Source: Escherichia coli 042 (GTDB lineage Bacteria > Pseudomonadota > Gammaproteobacteria > Enterobacterales > Enterobacteriaceae). Taken from it: a stretch of DNA of 64,000 nt. Under the pieces are notes generated by a model. It searched no databases, was not told the DNA's origin, and saw only the letters and a list, made by a program, of their open reading frames with translations. How positions within the stretch are numbered: position 1 is the stretch's first letter; each line of letters starts with the position of its first letter. Where the stretch lies: assembly GCF_000027125.1 (NCBI RefSeq), contig NC_017626.1; one strand, written 5' to 3'. Made by a program: the position numbers and the translations under genes. Positions 31,197 through 45,855 of this stretch are shown here, in pieces.

Positions 31197-31564
31197 TTTC
31201 TTGTTGGATATTTGCTACGGGGCATTCTTTATATTAATTTTTCTTCCTTATGGAGTATCTCTGTTTGACACTTTAAAGTCTCTATGAGAATTATAAGATT
31301 TTTTTTAAAATAATACGTTTTCAGATTTAGCAACAGGATTTTCACTCATACGATTAATATACGATATTTTAATCTCAAAAATATATTTGGCTGGTGAAGC
31401 TATCTGGGGTGTATATTCACACCACATATATTATCAAAAGGCAGTTACGCTACCGCCATACCCTGATAAAACTCACCATCTGCACGAAACGGATTTTACG
31501 CTTTTTCTTCCGGCGAAATATCAAATTCTCAATTCAAATAATATCTATTGCGTTATATGACCTA

Positions 31565-33013
31565 TCACTCCCTCTCCGGCAGCACAATCACAAACCTTGT
31601 TCCTCGCGCATCTGACGTTACCGCAACTGTGCCTTTATGCGCGACAACAATCGATTTCACTATCGCCAGCCCAATGCCGCTACCTTCGCCTTTTCGCTGG
31701 CGGGAAGGATCAACGCGGTAGAAACGGTCAAACAATCGCGGTAAGTGTTCGGGCGCAATGGGCGTACCGGGGTTTTCGACGGTAACTTGCACCTGATGAT
31801 CGACCGCCTGGCAGCGTACTACAATAGCCTCTCCGGGTGGCGTATAACGCAGGGCATTAGAAAGCAGGTTGTTTAACGCCCGACGCAGCATCAGAGGATC
31901 GCCCGCAACCTGACATTCGTCGCCAACAAACCGCAGCACCACGCCACGATCTTCCGCTAATGCCTCGAAAAAATCGAACACTTTGCCGACTTCATCCGCC
32001 AGGTTGAGCATTTTCTTTTCGGGGATTAACTGGTTGTTATCGGCCTGGGCGAGAAACAACATATCGCTGACCATTTTCGCCATTCGCGTCAGCTCTTCGA
32101 GATTAGAGTAGAGCACATCTTCCAGCTCCTTCTGGCTGCGCGACTGGCTGAGGGCGATTTCCGTTTGCGTTATGAGATTCGTAATCGGTGTACGAATTTC
32201 GTGAGCGATGTCCGCTGAGAAATTGGACTGGCGGGTAAAGACATCCTCAATACGCTCGATCATGTGGTTGAACGACAGTACCAGCTGTTCCAGCTCAATG
32301 GGCACGGTCTGCGGGTCAAGGCGAACGTCGAGATCTTTCGAGGTGATATTCTGGATTTGACGGCTGACGCTGCGGATCGGTGCGTGACCTTTATGTACCG
32401 CCAACAGCACGATAAAGACGATCAGGATGCTGATGATCGATGCGGTCATAATAAGTTTATTCATCAAATCATTTATGTAATGAAGATGAAAATCGATCGA
32501 AAGCGCAATGTAGAGCGTATAAATCGGTTTGCCGTCCACCAGTGGGCCAACCGGCAAGCTAATCATCCGCCAGTTGCTGTGTTCCATATGCCCGTGACCG
32601 TGGCCCGGCATCATAATCGTCGGGCCGGAAAGGAGATACACCTCGCCGCCCCGCGCGTCTTTATCGGGTATGGCATCACGTGCAAACTCGCGGATATCGG
32701 GCGCGTCGGGGGAGTGATACACCGTTTTACCGTGGCTATCTGCCAGGGAGATCAACACATTGGAATAACCACTGACAATATCTTCCAGCGTCATTAAGCG
32801 TCGGGCTTGCGTTTCGTCAGGGTGATTAAGTACCCGTTCAAGTGTGGCGCTAATCTCTTTTAAATCATTAATATCCTGCTCGGCAAAATGCACTTTTACC
32901 GAGTGGATCATGATCCAGGCAAAGGCGAAAAACGCCGCAATGGTGGCCAGGCTGATAAAAAAGGTCAGGCGGGTTGCCAGCGAAAACGGGCGCTGAAATG
33001 GCTTACTGACCAT
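31565..33013 (-). CDS. cusS: copper/silver sensor histidine kinase CusS
   Basis: ORF 31565..33025 trimmed to [19 protein letters not shown] start; HAMP, HisKA and ATPase regions; partner of cusR. Confidence 0.92.
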
Positions 33014-33686
33014 CCGGCACCTCAAGCATGTAACCCACGCCGCGCACGGTCTGAATCAACTTTGGTTCAAAATCATTGTCGATTTTGCCGCGTAGCCGCT
33101 TCACCGCCACATCAATAGCGTTAGTGTCGCTGTCGAAATTCATGTCCCACACCTGCGAGGCGATAAGCGAGCGGGGCAGCACTTCGCCTTGATGGCGGAG
33201 GAAAAACTCCAGCAGAGTAAATTCTTTACTGGTCAGAGTGATGCGCGTGCCGCTGCGGGTGACTTTGCGGCTAACGAGATCGACCATCAAATCGGCAACC
33301 TGAAACTGACTTTCGATAATCACCGCCGCTCCGCGCCGTAGTAGGGTGCGCACCCGCGCCAGCAGTTCAGCAAAAGCGAACGGCTTCACCAGGTAGTCAT
33401 CGGCCCCCAACTCCAGCCCCTTGACGCGATGTTCAATGGTGCCAAGCGCGGTAAGCAACAGAATCGGCATTCCTTTATTGGCGGAGCGCAACATGCGCAC
33501 GATATCCCAGCCGTTCACGTCCGGCAGCATAATATCGAGGATTATCAGATCATAATCACCGGTCATCGCCAGATGGTAGCCATTCAGCCCGTTGTCGGCC
33601 AAATCGACTACAAAACCGGCTTCGGTTAACCCTTTGGTCAAGTATTCTCCGGTTTTCTTTTCATCTTCGACAATCAACAGTTTCAT
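33003..33686 (-). CDS. cusR: copper/silver response regulator CusR (OmpR family)
   Basis: 227 aa [19 protein letters not shown]..., receiver plus winged-helix domain. Confidence 0.93.
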
Positions 33687-33751
33687 ATTTCCTCCGCATG
33701 TTGCCCGGGCAATTCTAGAGTAGCGGGATCAGATGGCAATCGCTTATTGGC

Positions 33752-33773
33752 AAAATGACAATTTTGTCATTTT
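33752..33773. promoter_or_regulatory. CusR-box palindrome in the divergent cusR-cusC promoter region
   Basis: Perfect palindrome aaaatgacaattttgtcatttt between cusR and cusC; matches the known CusR box. Confidence 0.6.
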
Positions 33774-33842
33774 CCTGTCACCGGAAAATCAGAGCCTGGC
33801 GAGTAAAGTTGGCGGCATAAAATCACCAGAAATTATGAGCCT

Positions 33843-35225
33843 ATGTCTCCTTGTAAACTTCTGCCATTTTGTGTGGCCCTTGCGCTAACCGGTTGTTCAC
33901 TGGCACCGGATTATCAGCGTCCGGCAATGCCCGTGCCGCAGCAGTTCTCACTCAACCAGAACGGCCTGGTTAACGCAGCGGATAACTACCAGAACGCGGG
34001 CTGGCGCACCTTTTTTGTTGATAATCAGGTGAAGACGCTGATTAGCGAGGCGCTGGTGAATAACCGGGATTTGCGCATGGCGACGCTGAAAGTGCAGGAG
34101 GCACGGGCGCAATATCGTCTGACCGATGCTGACCGCTACCCACAGCTCAGTGGCGAGGGCAGCGGCAGCTGGAGCGGCAATCTTAAAGGCGATTCAGCCA
34201 CGACGCGGGAGTTCTCGACCGGCCTTAACGCCAGCTTTGATCTCGATTTTTTCGGTCGCTTAAAGAACATGAGCGAAGCCGAACGACAAAATTATTTAGC
34301 CACTGAGGAAGCTCAGCGCGCGGTGCATATTCTGCTGGTTTCTAATGTCGCGCAAAGCTATTTCAATCAGCAGCTGGCGTATGCGCAATTGCAAATAGCC
34401 GAAGAAACGCTGCGTAATTATCAGCAGTCATATGCGTTTGTCGAAAAACAACTGTTGACCGGTAGCAGCAATGTTCTGGCGCTGGAACAGGCTCGCGGGG
34501 TGATTGAAAGTACCCGCAGCGACATCGCTAAACGTCAGGGGGAACTGGCGCAGGCGAATAATGCATTGCAACTGTTATTGGGAAGCTACGGCAAGCTGCC
34601 GCAAGCGCAGACAGTAAACAGCGACAGCCTGCAAAGCGTTAAATTACCGGCGGGCTTGTCGTCGCAAATCTTATTGCAGCGCCCTGATATTATGGAAGCT
34701 GAACACGCGTTAATGGCGGCTAATGCCAATATTGGTGCTGCGCGTGCGGCATTTTTCCCGTCTATCAGCCTGACCAGCGGAATATCAACCGCCAGCAGCG
34801 ATCTGTCGTCATTATTTAACGCCAGCAGCGGGATGTGGAATTTTATCCCTAAAATTGAGATCCCCATTTTTAATGCCGGACGCAACCAGGCCAATCTGGA
34901 TATCGCCGAAATTCGCCAGCAGCAGTCGGTGGTGAATTATGAACAGAAAATCCAGAACGCCTTTAAAGAAGTGGCAGATGCGCTGGCATTACGTCAAACC
35001 CTGAACGATCAAATCAGCGCCCAGCAGCGTTATCTGGCGTCGCTGCAAATTACCTTGCAACGGGCGCGGGCATTATATCAGCACGGCGCAGTCAGTTATC
35101 TGGAAGTGCTGGATGCTGAACGTTCTTTATTTGCAACCCGACAAACTTTACTTGACCTGAATTATGCCCGTCAGGTTAACGAAATTTCTTTATATACCGC
35201 ACTTGGTGGCGGTTGGCAGCAATAA
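33843..35225 (+). CDS. cusC: outer membrane efflux channel CusC (TolC family lipoprotein)
   Basis: 460 aa ORF with lipoprotein signal (LTGCSLAP) and OMF family sequence. Confidence 0.92.
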   Translation: MSPCKLLPFCVALALTGCSLAPDYQRPAMPVPQQFSLNQNGLVNAADNYQNAGWRTFFVDNQVKTLISEALVNNRDLRMATLKVQEARAQYRLTDADRYPQLSGEGSGSWSGNLKGDSATTREFSTGLNASFDLDFFGRLKNMSEAERQNYLATEEAQRAVHILLVSNVAQSYFNQQLAYAQLQIAEETLRNYQQSYAFVEKQLLTGSSNVLALEQARGVIESTRSDIAKRQGELAQANNALQLLLGSYGKLPQAQTVNSDSLQSVKLPAGLSSQILLQRPDIMEAEHALMAANANIGAARAAFFPSISLTSGISTASSDLSSLFNASSGMWNFIPKIEIPIFNAGRNQANLDIAEIRQQQSVVNYEQKIQNAFKEVADALALRQTLNDQISAQQRYLASLQITLQRARALYQHGAVSYLEVLDAERSLFATRQTLLDLNYARQVNEISLYTALGGGWQQ

Positions 35226-35248
35226 TTTTTAACTCCAGGAGAGAATAA

Positions 35249-35581
35249 ATGAAAAAAGCACTGCAAGTCGCAATGTTCAGTCTGTTTACCGTTATTGGCT
35301 TTAATGCCCAGGCTAACGAACATCATCATGAAACCATGAGCGAAGCACAACCGCAGGTCATTAGTGCCACAGGGGTGGTAAAAGGTATTGATCTGGAAAG
35401 CAAAAAAATCACCATCCATCACGATCCGATTGCTGCCGTGAACTGGCCGGAGATGACTATGCGCTTTACCATCACTCCGCAGACGAAAATGAGTGAAATT
35501 AAAACTGGCGACAAAGTGGCGTTTAATTTTGTCCAGCAGGGCAACCTTTCTTTATTACAGGATATTAAAGTCAGCCAGTAA
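35249..35581 (+). CDS. cusF: periplasmic copper/silver-binding protein CusF
   Basis: 110 aa ORF with signal peptide and His/Met-rich metal-binding region. Confidence 0.9.
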   Translation: MKKALQVAMFSLFTVIGFNAQANEHHHETMSEAQPQVISATGVVKGIDLESKKITIHHDPIAAVNWPEMTMRFTITPQTKMSEIKTGDKVAFNFVQQGNLSLLQDIKVSQ

Positions 35582-35596
35582 CCCAGGTTTAATGAG

Positions 35597-36820
35597 ATGA
35601 AAAAAATCGCGCTTATTATCGGCAGCATGATCGCGGGCGGTATTATTTCTGCGGCAGGTTTTACCTGGTTTGCAAAGGCTGAACCGCACGCAGAAAAAAA
35701 GCCGACCGCAGAACGTAAAATTTTATTCTGGTACGACCCGATGTATCCCAATACGCGGTTCGATAAACCAGGTCAATCGCCGTTTATGGATATGGATCTG
35801 GTGCCGAAATATGCCGATGAAGAGAGTTCTGCGTCTGGTGTGCGCATTGACCCGACTCAGACGCAGAATCTGGGGGTGAAAACGGCTACCGTCACGCGCG
35901 GGCCGCTGACTTTTGCCCAGAGTTTCCCGGCGAATGTCAGTTATAACGAGTATCAGTATGCCATTGTGCAGGCCCGCGCCGCCGGGTTTATCGACAAGGT
36001 GTATCCGCTTACCGTGGGCGATAAAGTACAAAAGGGCACACCGCTTCTCGACCTGACCATTCCCGACTGGGTGGAAGCGCAGAGTGAGTATTTACTGCTG
36101 CGCGAAACCGGCGGTACGGCGACCCAGACTGAAGGCATTCTTGAGCGGCTGAGACTGGCGGGAATGCCGGAGGCGGATATTCGCCGCCTGATCGCCACGC
36201 AAAAAATCCAGACGCGCTTTACGCTCAAAGCGCCCATTGATGGCGTGATCACCGCGTTTGATCTGCGCGCGGGAATGAATATCGCCAAAGATAACGTGGT
36301 CGCGAAAATTCAGGGTATGGACCCGGTGTGGGTCACTGCTGCGATCCCGGAGTCCATCGCCTGGCTGGTGAAAGATGCCTCGCAGTTTACGCTCACCGTT
36401 CCGGCGCGACCTGATAAAACACTCACCATCCGCAAATGGACGCTGCTACCTGGCGTGGATGCCGCGACCCGCACGCTGCAGCTGCGTCTGGAAGTCGACA
36501 ACGCCGACGAGGCGCTAAAACCGGGCATGAACGCCTGGTTGCAACTCAATACCGCCAGCGAACCGATGCTGCTCATTCCGTCACAGGCGCTGATTGATAC
36601 CGGCAACGAACAGCGGGTGATTACCGTTGATGCCGACGGACGCTTTGTACCGAAACGCGTTGCCGTTTTCCAGGCATCGCAAGGCGTCACCGCGTTACGC
36701 TCTGGTCTGGCGGAAGGTGAAAAGGTGGTTTCCAGCGGCCTGTTCCTGATTGATTCCGAAGCTAATATTTCTGGCGCACTGGAGCGGATGCGCTCTGAAA
36801 GTGCTACCCATGCGCATTGA
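35597..36820 (+). CDS. cusB: membrane fusion protein CusB
   Basis: 407 aa ORF, RND adaptor family, between cusF and cusA. Confidence 0.92.
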   Translation: MKKIALIIGSMIAGGIISAAGFTWFAKAEPHAEKKPTAERKILFWYDPMYPNTRFDKPGQSPFMDMDLVPKYADEESSASGVRIDPTQTQNLGVKTATVTRGPLTFAQSFPANVSYNEYQYAIVQARAAGFIDKVYPLTVGDKVQKGTPLLDLTIPDWVEAQSEYLLLRETGGTATQTEGILERLRLAGMPEADIRRLIATQKIQTRFTLKAPIDGVITAFDLRAGMNIAKDNVVAKIQGMDPVWVTAAIPESIAWLVKDASQFTLTVPARPDKTLTIRKWTLLPGVDAATRTLQLRLEVDNADEALKPGMNAWLQLNTASEPMLLIPSQALIDTGNEQRVITVDADGRFVPKRVAVFQASQGVTALRSGLAEGEKVVSSGLFLIDSEANISGALERMRSESATHAH

Positions 36821-36831
36821 GGGAATAACCA

Positions 36832-39800
36832 ATGATTGAATGGATTATTCGTCGCTCGGTGGCGAACCGTTTTTTGGTGCTGATGGGCGCGTTGTTTCTG
36901 AGCATCTGGGGCACCTGGACCATCATTAACACGCCAGTGGATGCGCTGCCGGATCTCTCCGATGTGCAGGTGATTATTAAAACCAGCTATCCCGGTCAGG
37001 CACCGCAAATCGTTGAAAATCAGGTGACTTATCCGCTAACCACCACCATGTTGTCGGTGCCTGGCGCGAAGACTGTGCGTGGTTTCTCGCAGTTTGGCGA
37101 CTCTTATGTGTATGTCATTTTCGAAGATGGTACCGATCCGTACTGGGCGCGTTCGCGGGTGCTGGAGTACCTCAACCAGGTACAGGGTAAGCTGCCTGCG
37201 GGAGTCAGCGCCGAGCTGGGGCCAGATGCCACGGGTGTTGGCTGGATCTATGAATATGCACTGGTGGATCGCAGCGGTAAGCACGATCTGGCCGATTTAC
37301 GCTCATTGCAGGACTGGTTTCTCAAATATGAGCTGAAAACCATCCCTGACGTTGCGGAAGTGGCGTCGGTAGGCGGTGTGGTGAAAGAGTATCAGGTGGT
37401 TATCGATCCTCAGCGCCTGGCGCAATATGGCATCAGTCTCGCCGAAGTAAAAAGCGCGCTGGATGCTTCAAACCAGGAAGCGGGCGGTTCGTCGATCGAA
37501 CTGGCGGAAGCGGAATATATGGTGCGCGCCAGCGGCTATCTGCAAACGCTCGACGACTTTAATCACATCGTTTTAAAAGCCAGTGAAAATGGCGTGCCCG
37601 TTTATCTGCGTGATGTTGCGAAGGTCCAGATTGGCCCGGAGATGCGCCGGGGCATTGCCGAACTAAACGGCGAAGGCGAAGTGGCGGGCGGGGTGGTGAT
37701 CCTGCGCTCCGGCAAAAACGCCCGTGAAGTGATCGCCGCCGTGAAGGATAAACTGGAAACGCTGAAAAGTAGTCTGCCGGAAGGCGTGGAGATAGTTACA
37801 ACATACGATCGCAGCCAGCTCATTGACCGCGCCATCGACAACCTCAGCGGCAAGCTACTGGAAGAGTTTATTGTGGTGGCGGTAGTCTGTGCGCTGTTTC
37901 TCTGGCATGTGCGCTCGGCGCTGGTGGCGATTATTTCGTTGCCGCTGGGGTTGTGTATTGCTTTTATTGTCATGCACTTCCAGGGACTGAATGCCAATAT
38001 TATGTCGCTGGGCGGTATTGCGATTGCCGTCGGGGCGATGGTCGATGCCGCTATCGTCATGATCGAGAATGCGCATAAACGGCTGGAAGAGTGGCAGCAC
38101 CAGCATCCTGACGCCACGCTGGATAATAAAACGCGCTGGCAGGTGATCACCGATGCATCTGTTGAAGTAGGCCCGGCGCTGTTTATCAGTCTGCTGATTA
38201 TCACACTGTCGTTTATCCCGATCTTCACCCTGGAAGGGCAGGAAGGGCGTCTGTTTGGCCCGCTGGCGTTCACCAAAACGTATGCGATGGCGGGCGCGGC
38301 GCTGCTGGCGATCGTAGTGATCCCGATCCTGATGGGTTACTGGATCCGTGGCAAAATTCCGCCGGAAAGCAGTAACCCGCTCAATCGCTTTTTGATTCGT
38401 GTTTATCATCCGCTGTTGCTGAAAGTACTGCACTGGCCGAAAACCACGCTGCTGGTGGCAGCGCTTTCGGTGCTGACGGTTCTTTGGCCGCTCAATAAAG
38501 TTGGCGGGGAATTTTTACCGCAGATCAATGAAGGCGACTTGTTGTATATGCCATCGACGCTGCCGGGGATTTCCGCAGCAGAGGCGGCGAGTATGCTGCA
38601 AAAAACCGACAAGCTGATTATGAGCGTACCTGAAGTGGCGCGGGTATTTGGCAAAACCGGGAAAGCGGAAACCGCCACCGATTCTGCTCCGCTGGAGATG
38701 GTAGAAACGACCATCCAGCTTAAGCCACAGGAGCAGTGGCGGCCAGGCATGACAATGGACAAAATCATTGAGGAACTGGATAACACCGTGCGTCTGCCGG
38801 GGCTGGCGAATCTGTGGGTGCCGCCAATTCGTAACCGTATCGATATGCTCTCAACCGGCATTAAAAGCCCCATCGGCATTAAAGTTTCCGGCACTGTGCT
38901 GGCGGATATCGACGCGATGGCTGAGCAAATTGAAGAAGTGGCGCGAACGGTGCCAGGCGTGGCTTCAGCGCTTGCTGAGCGTCTGGAAGGTGGGCGCTAT
39001 ATCAACGTTGAGATTAACCGTGAAAAAGCCGCGCGTTACGGTATGACGGTGGCGGATGTGCAGTTGTTTGTGACTTCTGCGGTGGGCGGGGCGATGGTTG
39101 GCGAAACGGTGGAAGGGATTGCCCGTTATCCAATTAATCTGCGTTATCCGCAAAGCTGGCGCGATAGCCCGCAGGCGCTGCGCCAGCTACCGATCCTGAC
39201 GCCGATGAAGCAGCAAATCACCCTGGCAGACGTGGCCGACGTTAAAGTCTCTACCGGACCGTCGATGCTGAAAACCGAGAATGCGCGCCCGACGAGCTGG
39301 ATTTATATCGATGCCCGCGATCGTGACATGGTGTCGGTGGTTCACGATTTGCAAAAAGCGATAGCTGAAAAAGTGCAGTTAAAACCGGGCACCAGCGTGG
39401 CATTCTCCGGGCAGTTCGAGCTACTGGAGCGCGCCAACCATAAGCTGAAACTCATGGTGCCGATGACGTTGATGATCATCTTCGTGCTGTTGTATCTGGC
39501 GTTCCGTCGGGTGGGCGAAGCGTTGCTGATTATCAGCAGCGTACCGTTTGCGCTGGTGGGCGGCATCTGGTTGCTGTGGTGGATGGGCTTTCATCTTTCT
39601 GTGGCAACGGGCACTGGCTTTATCGCCCTTGCGGGGGTCGCCGCCGAATTTGGCGTGGTGATGCTGATGTATTTACGTCACGCCATAGAGGCCGAGCCGT
39701 CGTTGAATAATCCGCAAACATTCAGCGAGCAGAAGCTGGATGAGGCGTTATATCACGGCGCGGTCCTGCGCGTGCGCCCGAAAGCGATGACGGTGGCGGT

Positions 39801-39975
39801 GATTATCGCCGGTCTGCTGCCGATTCTGTGGGGAACAGGAGCAGGTTCAGAGGTGATGAGCCGGATTGCCGCGCCGATGATTGGCGGCATGATCACCGCG
39901 CCTTTGCTGTCGCTGTTTATTATCCCGGCGGCGTATAAGCTGATGTGGCTGCACCGACATCGGGTACGGAAATAA
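36832..39975 (+). CDS. cusA: RND heavy-metal efflux pump CusA
   Basis: 1047 aa ORF, RND permease with 12 TM segments. Confidence 0.95.
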   Translation: MIEWIIRRSVANRFLVLMGALFLSIWGTWTIINTPVDALPDLSDVQVIIKTSYPGQAPQIVENQVTYPLTTTMLSVPGAKTVRGFSQFGDSYVYVIFEDGTDPYWARSRVLEYLNQVQGKLPAGVSAELGPDATGVGWIYEYALVDRSGKHDLADLRSLQDWFLKYELKTIPDVAEVASVGGVVKEYQVVIDPQRLAQYGISLAEVKSALDASNQEAGGSSIELAEAEYMVRASGYLQTLDDFNHIVLKASENGVPVYLRDVAKVQIGPEMRRGIAELNGEGEVAGGVVILRSGKNAREVIAAVKDKLETLKSSLPEGVEIVTTYDRSQLIDRAIDNLSGKLLEEFIVVAVVCALFLWHVRSALVAIISLPLGLCIAFIVMHFQGLNANIMSLGGIAIAVGAMVDAAIVMIENAHKRLEEWQHQHPDATLDNKTRWQVITDASVEVGPALFISLLIITLSFIPIFTLEGQEGRLFGPLAFTKTYAMAGAALLAIVVIPILMGYWIRGKIPPESSNPLNRFLIRVYHPLLLKVLHWPKTTLLVAALSVLTVLWPLNKVGGEFLPQINEGDLLYMPSTLPGISAAEAASMLQKTDKLIMSVPEVARVFGKTGKAETATDSAPLEMVETTIQLKPQEQWRPGMTMDKIIEELDNTVRLPGLANLWVPPIRNRIDMLSTGIKSPIGIKVSGTVLADIDAMAEQIEEVARTVPGVASALAERLEGGRYINVEINREKAARYGMTVADVQLFVTSAVGGAMVGETVEGIARYPINLRYPQSWRDSPQALRQLPILTPMKQQITLADVADVKVSTGPSMLKTENARPTSWIYIDARDRDMVSVVHDLQKAIAEKVQLKPGTSVAFSGQFELLERANHKLKLMVPMTLMIIFVLLYLAFRRVGEALLIISSVPFALVGGIWLLWWMGFHLSVATGTGFIALAGVAAEFGVVMLMYLRHAIEAEPSLNNPQTFSEQKLDEALYHGAVLRVRPKAMTVAVIIAGLLPILWGTGAGSEVMSRIAAPMIGGMITAPLLSLFIIPAAYKLMWLHRHRVRK

Positions 39976-40076
39976 AAGCAGGATACCCGGTTTAACCGTG
40001 TGGATTGTGTCTTGCGACGATGGGCACTAAATGTTAAAAGGTGCCCCTCAACAAAAAAGACACACAGGGGAAAGGC

Positions 40077-41454
40077 GTGAAAAACGCGTCAACCGTATCG
40101 GAAGATACTGCGTCGAATCAAGAGCCGACGCTTCATCGCGGATTACATAACCGTCATATTCAACTGATTGCGCTGGGTGGCGCTATTGGTACAGGTCTGT
40201 TTCTTGGCATTGGCCCGGCGATTCAGATGGCGGGTCCGGCTGTATTGCTGGGCTACGGCGTCGCCGGGATCATCGCTTTCCTGATTATGCGCCAGCTCGG
40301 CGAGATGGTGGTCGAAGAGCCGGTATCCGGTTCATTTGCCCACTTTGCCTATAAATACTGGGGACCGTTTGCGGGCTTCCTCTCTGGCTGGAACTACTGG
40401 GTGATGTTCGTGCTGGTGGGAATGGCAGAGCTGACCGCTGCGGGCATCTATATGCAGTACTGGTTCCCGGATGTTCCAACGTGGATTTGGGCTGCCGCCT
40501 TCTTTATTATCATCAACGCCGTTAACCTGGTGAACGTGCGCTTATATGGCGAAACCGAGTTCTGGTTTGCGCTGATTAAAGTGCTGGCGATCATCGGTAT
40601 GATCGGCTTTGGCCTGTGGCTGCTGTTTTCTGGTCACGGCGGCGAGAAAGCCAGTATCGATAACCTCTGGCGTTACGGTGGTTTTTTTGCCACCGGCTGG
40701 AATGGGCTGATTTTGTCGCTGGCGGTAATTATGTTCTCCTTCGGCGGTCTGGAGCTGATTGGGATTACTGCCGCTGAAGCGCGCGATCCGGAAAAAAGCA
40801 TCCCTAAAGCAGTGAATCAGGTGGTTTATCGCATCCTGCTGTTTTACATCGGTTCACTGGTGGTTTTACTGGCACTCTATCCGTGGGTGGAAGTGAAATC
40901 CAACAGTAGCCCGTTTGTGATGATTTTCCATAATCTCGACAGCAACGTGGTAGCTTCTGCGCTGAACTTCGTCATTCTGGTAGCATCGTTATCGGTGTAT
41001 AACAGCGGGGTTTACTCTAACAGCCGGATGCTGTTTGGCCTTTCTGTGCAGGGTAATGCACCGAAGTTTTTGACTCGCGTCAGCCGTCGCGGCGTGCCGA
41101 TTAACTCGCTGATGCTTTCCGGAGCCATCACTTCGCTGGTGGTGTTAATCAACTATCTGCTGCCGCAAAAAGCGTTTGGTCTGCTGATGGCGCTGGTGGT
41201 AGCAACGCTGCTGTTGAACTGGATTATGAATCTGCCTGGCGCATCTGCGTTTTCGCGCGGCGATGCGACGCCAGGGGCGTGAAACACAGTTTAAGGCACT
41301 GCTTTATCCGTTCGGCAACTATCTTTGCATCGCCTTCCTCGGCATGATTTTGCTGCTGATGTGCACGATGGATGATATGCGCTTGTCAGCGATTCTGTTG
41401 CCGGTGTGGATTGTATTCCTGTTTGTAGCGTTTAAAACGCTGCGTCGGAAATAA
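40077..41454 (+). pseudogene. pheP: phenylalanine-specific permease PheP with apparent +1 frameshift near ~41229
   Basis: APC-family permease split across ORFs 40041..41282 (frame 0) and 41263..41454 (frame +1); total span 1378 bp = 1377+1; frame +1 from ~41230 reads the permease-like ICLAHLRFRAAMRRQGRETQFK...; extra A at atgAatc. Confidence 0.7.
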
Positions 41455-41495
41455 GGCATTCACGCCATATCCGACAAAATGATGTCAACCATCCG

Positions 41496-41532
41496 AAACC
41501 GCTCTCATCCATTCGATAAGAGCGGTTTTTTT
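41496..41532 (+). terminator. rho-independent terminator after pheP
   Basis: Hairpin ccgctct...agagcgg followed by a T7 run, read directly from sequence. Confidence 0.5.
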
Positions 41533-41534
41533 AA

Positions 41535-42830
<1,296 letters not shown>

Positions 42831-42889
42831 TTATGCAAATCAGGAGAATCTGAGGGGAAATAGCCGGGCAGATGCCCGGCAAGAGAGAA

Positions 42890-43543
42890 TTACACTTCGG
42901 TTAAGGTGATGTTTTGCGGCAGACGAGATTTCGGCAGCGTAGCGTTAAAATCTTCAACGCTGTGATGACCCACCGGAACAACCACCAGACTGGTGTAGCC
43001 TTTCTCTTTCAGACCAAATTCTGCATCGAGGATGGCGGCGTCAAAACCTTCGATGGGTACCGCGTCCAGACCCAGCGCCGCCACGCCGAGCAGGAAGTTG
43101 CCGACGTTGAGATAAACCTGTTTTGCCATCCACTCTGCATCATCATGCAGATCTTTACGGTGCATATCAGCGAAGAACTTGCGACCTTTATCGTTCGCGG
43201 CTTTCGCTTCCGGCGTGGCAAAGCGGCCATCAGCATCTTCCTGGTCAACAACCAGCTTCAGCCAGGCATCGTCCATCGCGGTTTTTGCACAGAACACCAC
43301 GACGTGCGAGGCATCAAGTATTTTACGTTCGTTGAACACATAATTACCGGCAGCGGATTTGGCAACACGCGCTTTACCTTCTTCCGTGCTGGCAACAATA
43401 AAATGCCACGGCTGGGAGTTGGTGCTGGATGGGCTGTATTGCAGGAGAGTTTTGATCTGCTCGGCCTGTTCCGGGGTAAGTTTTTTGCTGGCATCAAATG
43501 CCTTAGTGGAATGACGCTTTAAGGCGACAGAAATGATATCCAT
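42890..43543 (-). CDS. nfsB: oxygen-insensitive NAD(P)H nitroreductase NfsB
   Basis: ORF 42890..43594 trimmed to [16 protein letters not shown] start (217 aa). Confidence 0.9.
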   Translation of the reverse strand: MDIISVALKRHSTKAFDASKKLTPEQAEQIKTLLQYSPSSTNSQPWHFIVASTEEGKARVAKSAAGNYVFNERKILDASHVVVFCAKTAMDDAWLKLVVDQEDADGRFATPEAKAANDKGRKFFADMHRKDLHDDAEWMAKQVYLNVGNFLLGVAALGLDAVPIEGFDAAILDAEFGLKEKGYTSLVVVPVGHHSVEDFNATLPKSRLPQNITLTEV

Positions 43544-43636
43544 AAAGACTCCATGTGAAAGTAATTTTGCGTGCCAGCAGATTACAAGGTTCAACGAGAA
43601 ATGGTAAGCGAGAAAAATGCGCTATAGATTTCCGCT

Positions 43637-44005
43637 TTAGCCTGGACGCACTCTTTTTTGATCGCGTTTAGCCAGACCATCAACCACCAGATTCCACGAA
43701 TCGTTGATCAGATCGCGAAGTAACGCTTCGGAGATTTCCTCGCCGGGATACACCGAAATCCAGTGCTTTTTATTCATGTGATACCCTGGCTTAATGCTCG
43801 GGTATATCTGCTGATTTAACAGGGATTTTTGTGGATCGGACTTCAGATTGATAAAGGGGACGTCGCGCAGCTCCGACGACAGCATAAAAATCTTGCCGCC
43901 AATTTTAAAAACATCGAACTCCGGGCCAAAAGGCCAGCAAAGCTCGACAAAGGGTAACTCAAGGGCCAGGCGTTTCGCCGTTTCGTGCAGTGATTGCTTA
44001 TCCAT
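43637..44005 (-). CDS. ybdF: conserved protein YbdF
   Basis: ORF 43637..44125 trimmed to [13 protein letters not shown] start (122 aa). Confidence 0.8.
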   Translation of the reverse strand: MDKQSLHETAKRLALELPFVELCWPFGPEFDVFKIGGKIFMLSSELRDVPFINLKSDPQKSLLNQQIYPSIKPGYHMNKKHWISVYPGEEISEALLRDLINDSWNLVVDGLAKRDQKRVRPG

Positions 44006-44069
44006 AAACGTTCCTTTAGGCGAAGGAGAATAAGCAAAGTATGCCGCGAAGTACGGCGATAATCGACGT

Positions 44070-44318
44070 TTAATCCGCCAGCGAGAACCAGCGTCGCCAG
44101 ATAAAGCGCAGAACAAAATACTCAATAGCGCCCAGCACTAAAAACCACAGACAAAACAATAAAGTGTAAAGCTGGCTAAGAACCATCAGATGGAACATGG
44201 TCACCAGTTTTTGTGCCAGCGTCAGCCCCAGTGCGGGGGCGGGCAGCAGCAGGCAAGAAAGGAAAGCCATCAGCAAAATGCCTGCTGCGGTGGTCAAGGT
44301 TTCTAAAGGGTGTTTCAT
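44070..44318 (-). CDS. ybdJ: small inner membrane protein YbdJ
   Basis: 82 aa ORF with two predicted TM segments. Confidence 0.8.
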   Translation of the reverse strand: MKHPLETLTTAAGILLMAFLSCLLLPAPALGLTLAQKLVTMFHLMVLSQLYTLLFCLWFLVLGAIEYFVLRFIWRRWFSLAD

Positions 44319-44383
44319 AACATTGTTAAATGTAAGTTAAAACACCATTGTCAGGGATATTCTTCTGTAAGGCAATTCCCGGC

Positions 44384-45511
<1,128 letters not shown>

Positions 45512-45855
45512 TTATGTTGGCGTTTTCTATTCAGTATAGAAGTCGGAGCGGCTGGGCGAGATGCGGAAGTTCTGGAATGCTTCTTTTTTTTGGTGATGGT
45601 GAACTGATTGTGACTGAAGAAGTTTGGCTACTTTTGCAATGTGACAAGTTATGGCAGAGCTGGCTGGTGGCGAAGAATTTTGACGATTGAGGCATGCAGA
45701 AAAATACGGGTTCAGCTTCAGTTGATCAAATGAGGAGTGAGAAGTCCGAAACAGGACTCACTGTATAAATAAACAGCTATTTTGCTGAAGAAGGGTAAGA
45801 TAACGGCGGGTGCCTGAAGCTTTCCGGTTTCAGGTTTACTCTGAGGTCTGGAAAG

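Noticed and set aside
37602-39153. Minus-strand ORFs of 162-224 aa inside cusA
   Set aside because: Antisense to cusA; low-complexity Ser/Arg-rich translations
42914-43522. 202 aa plus-strand ORF over nfsB
   Set aside because: Antisense to nfsB
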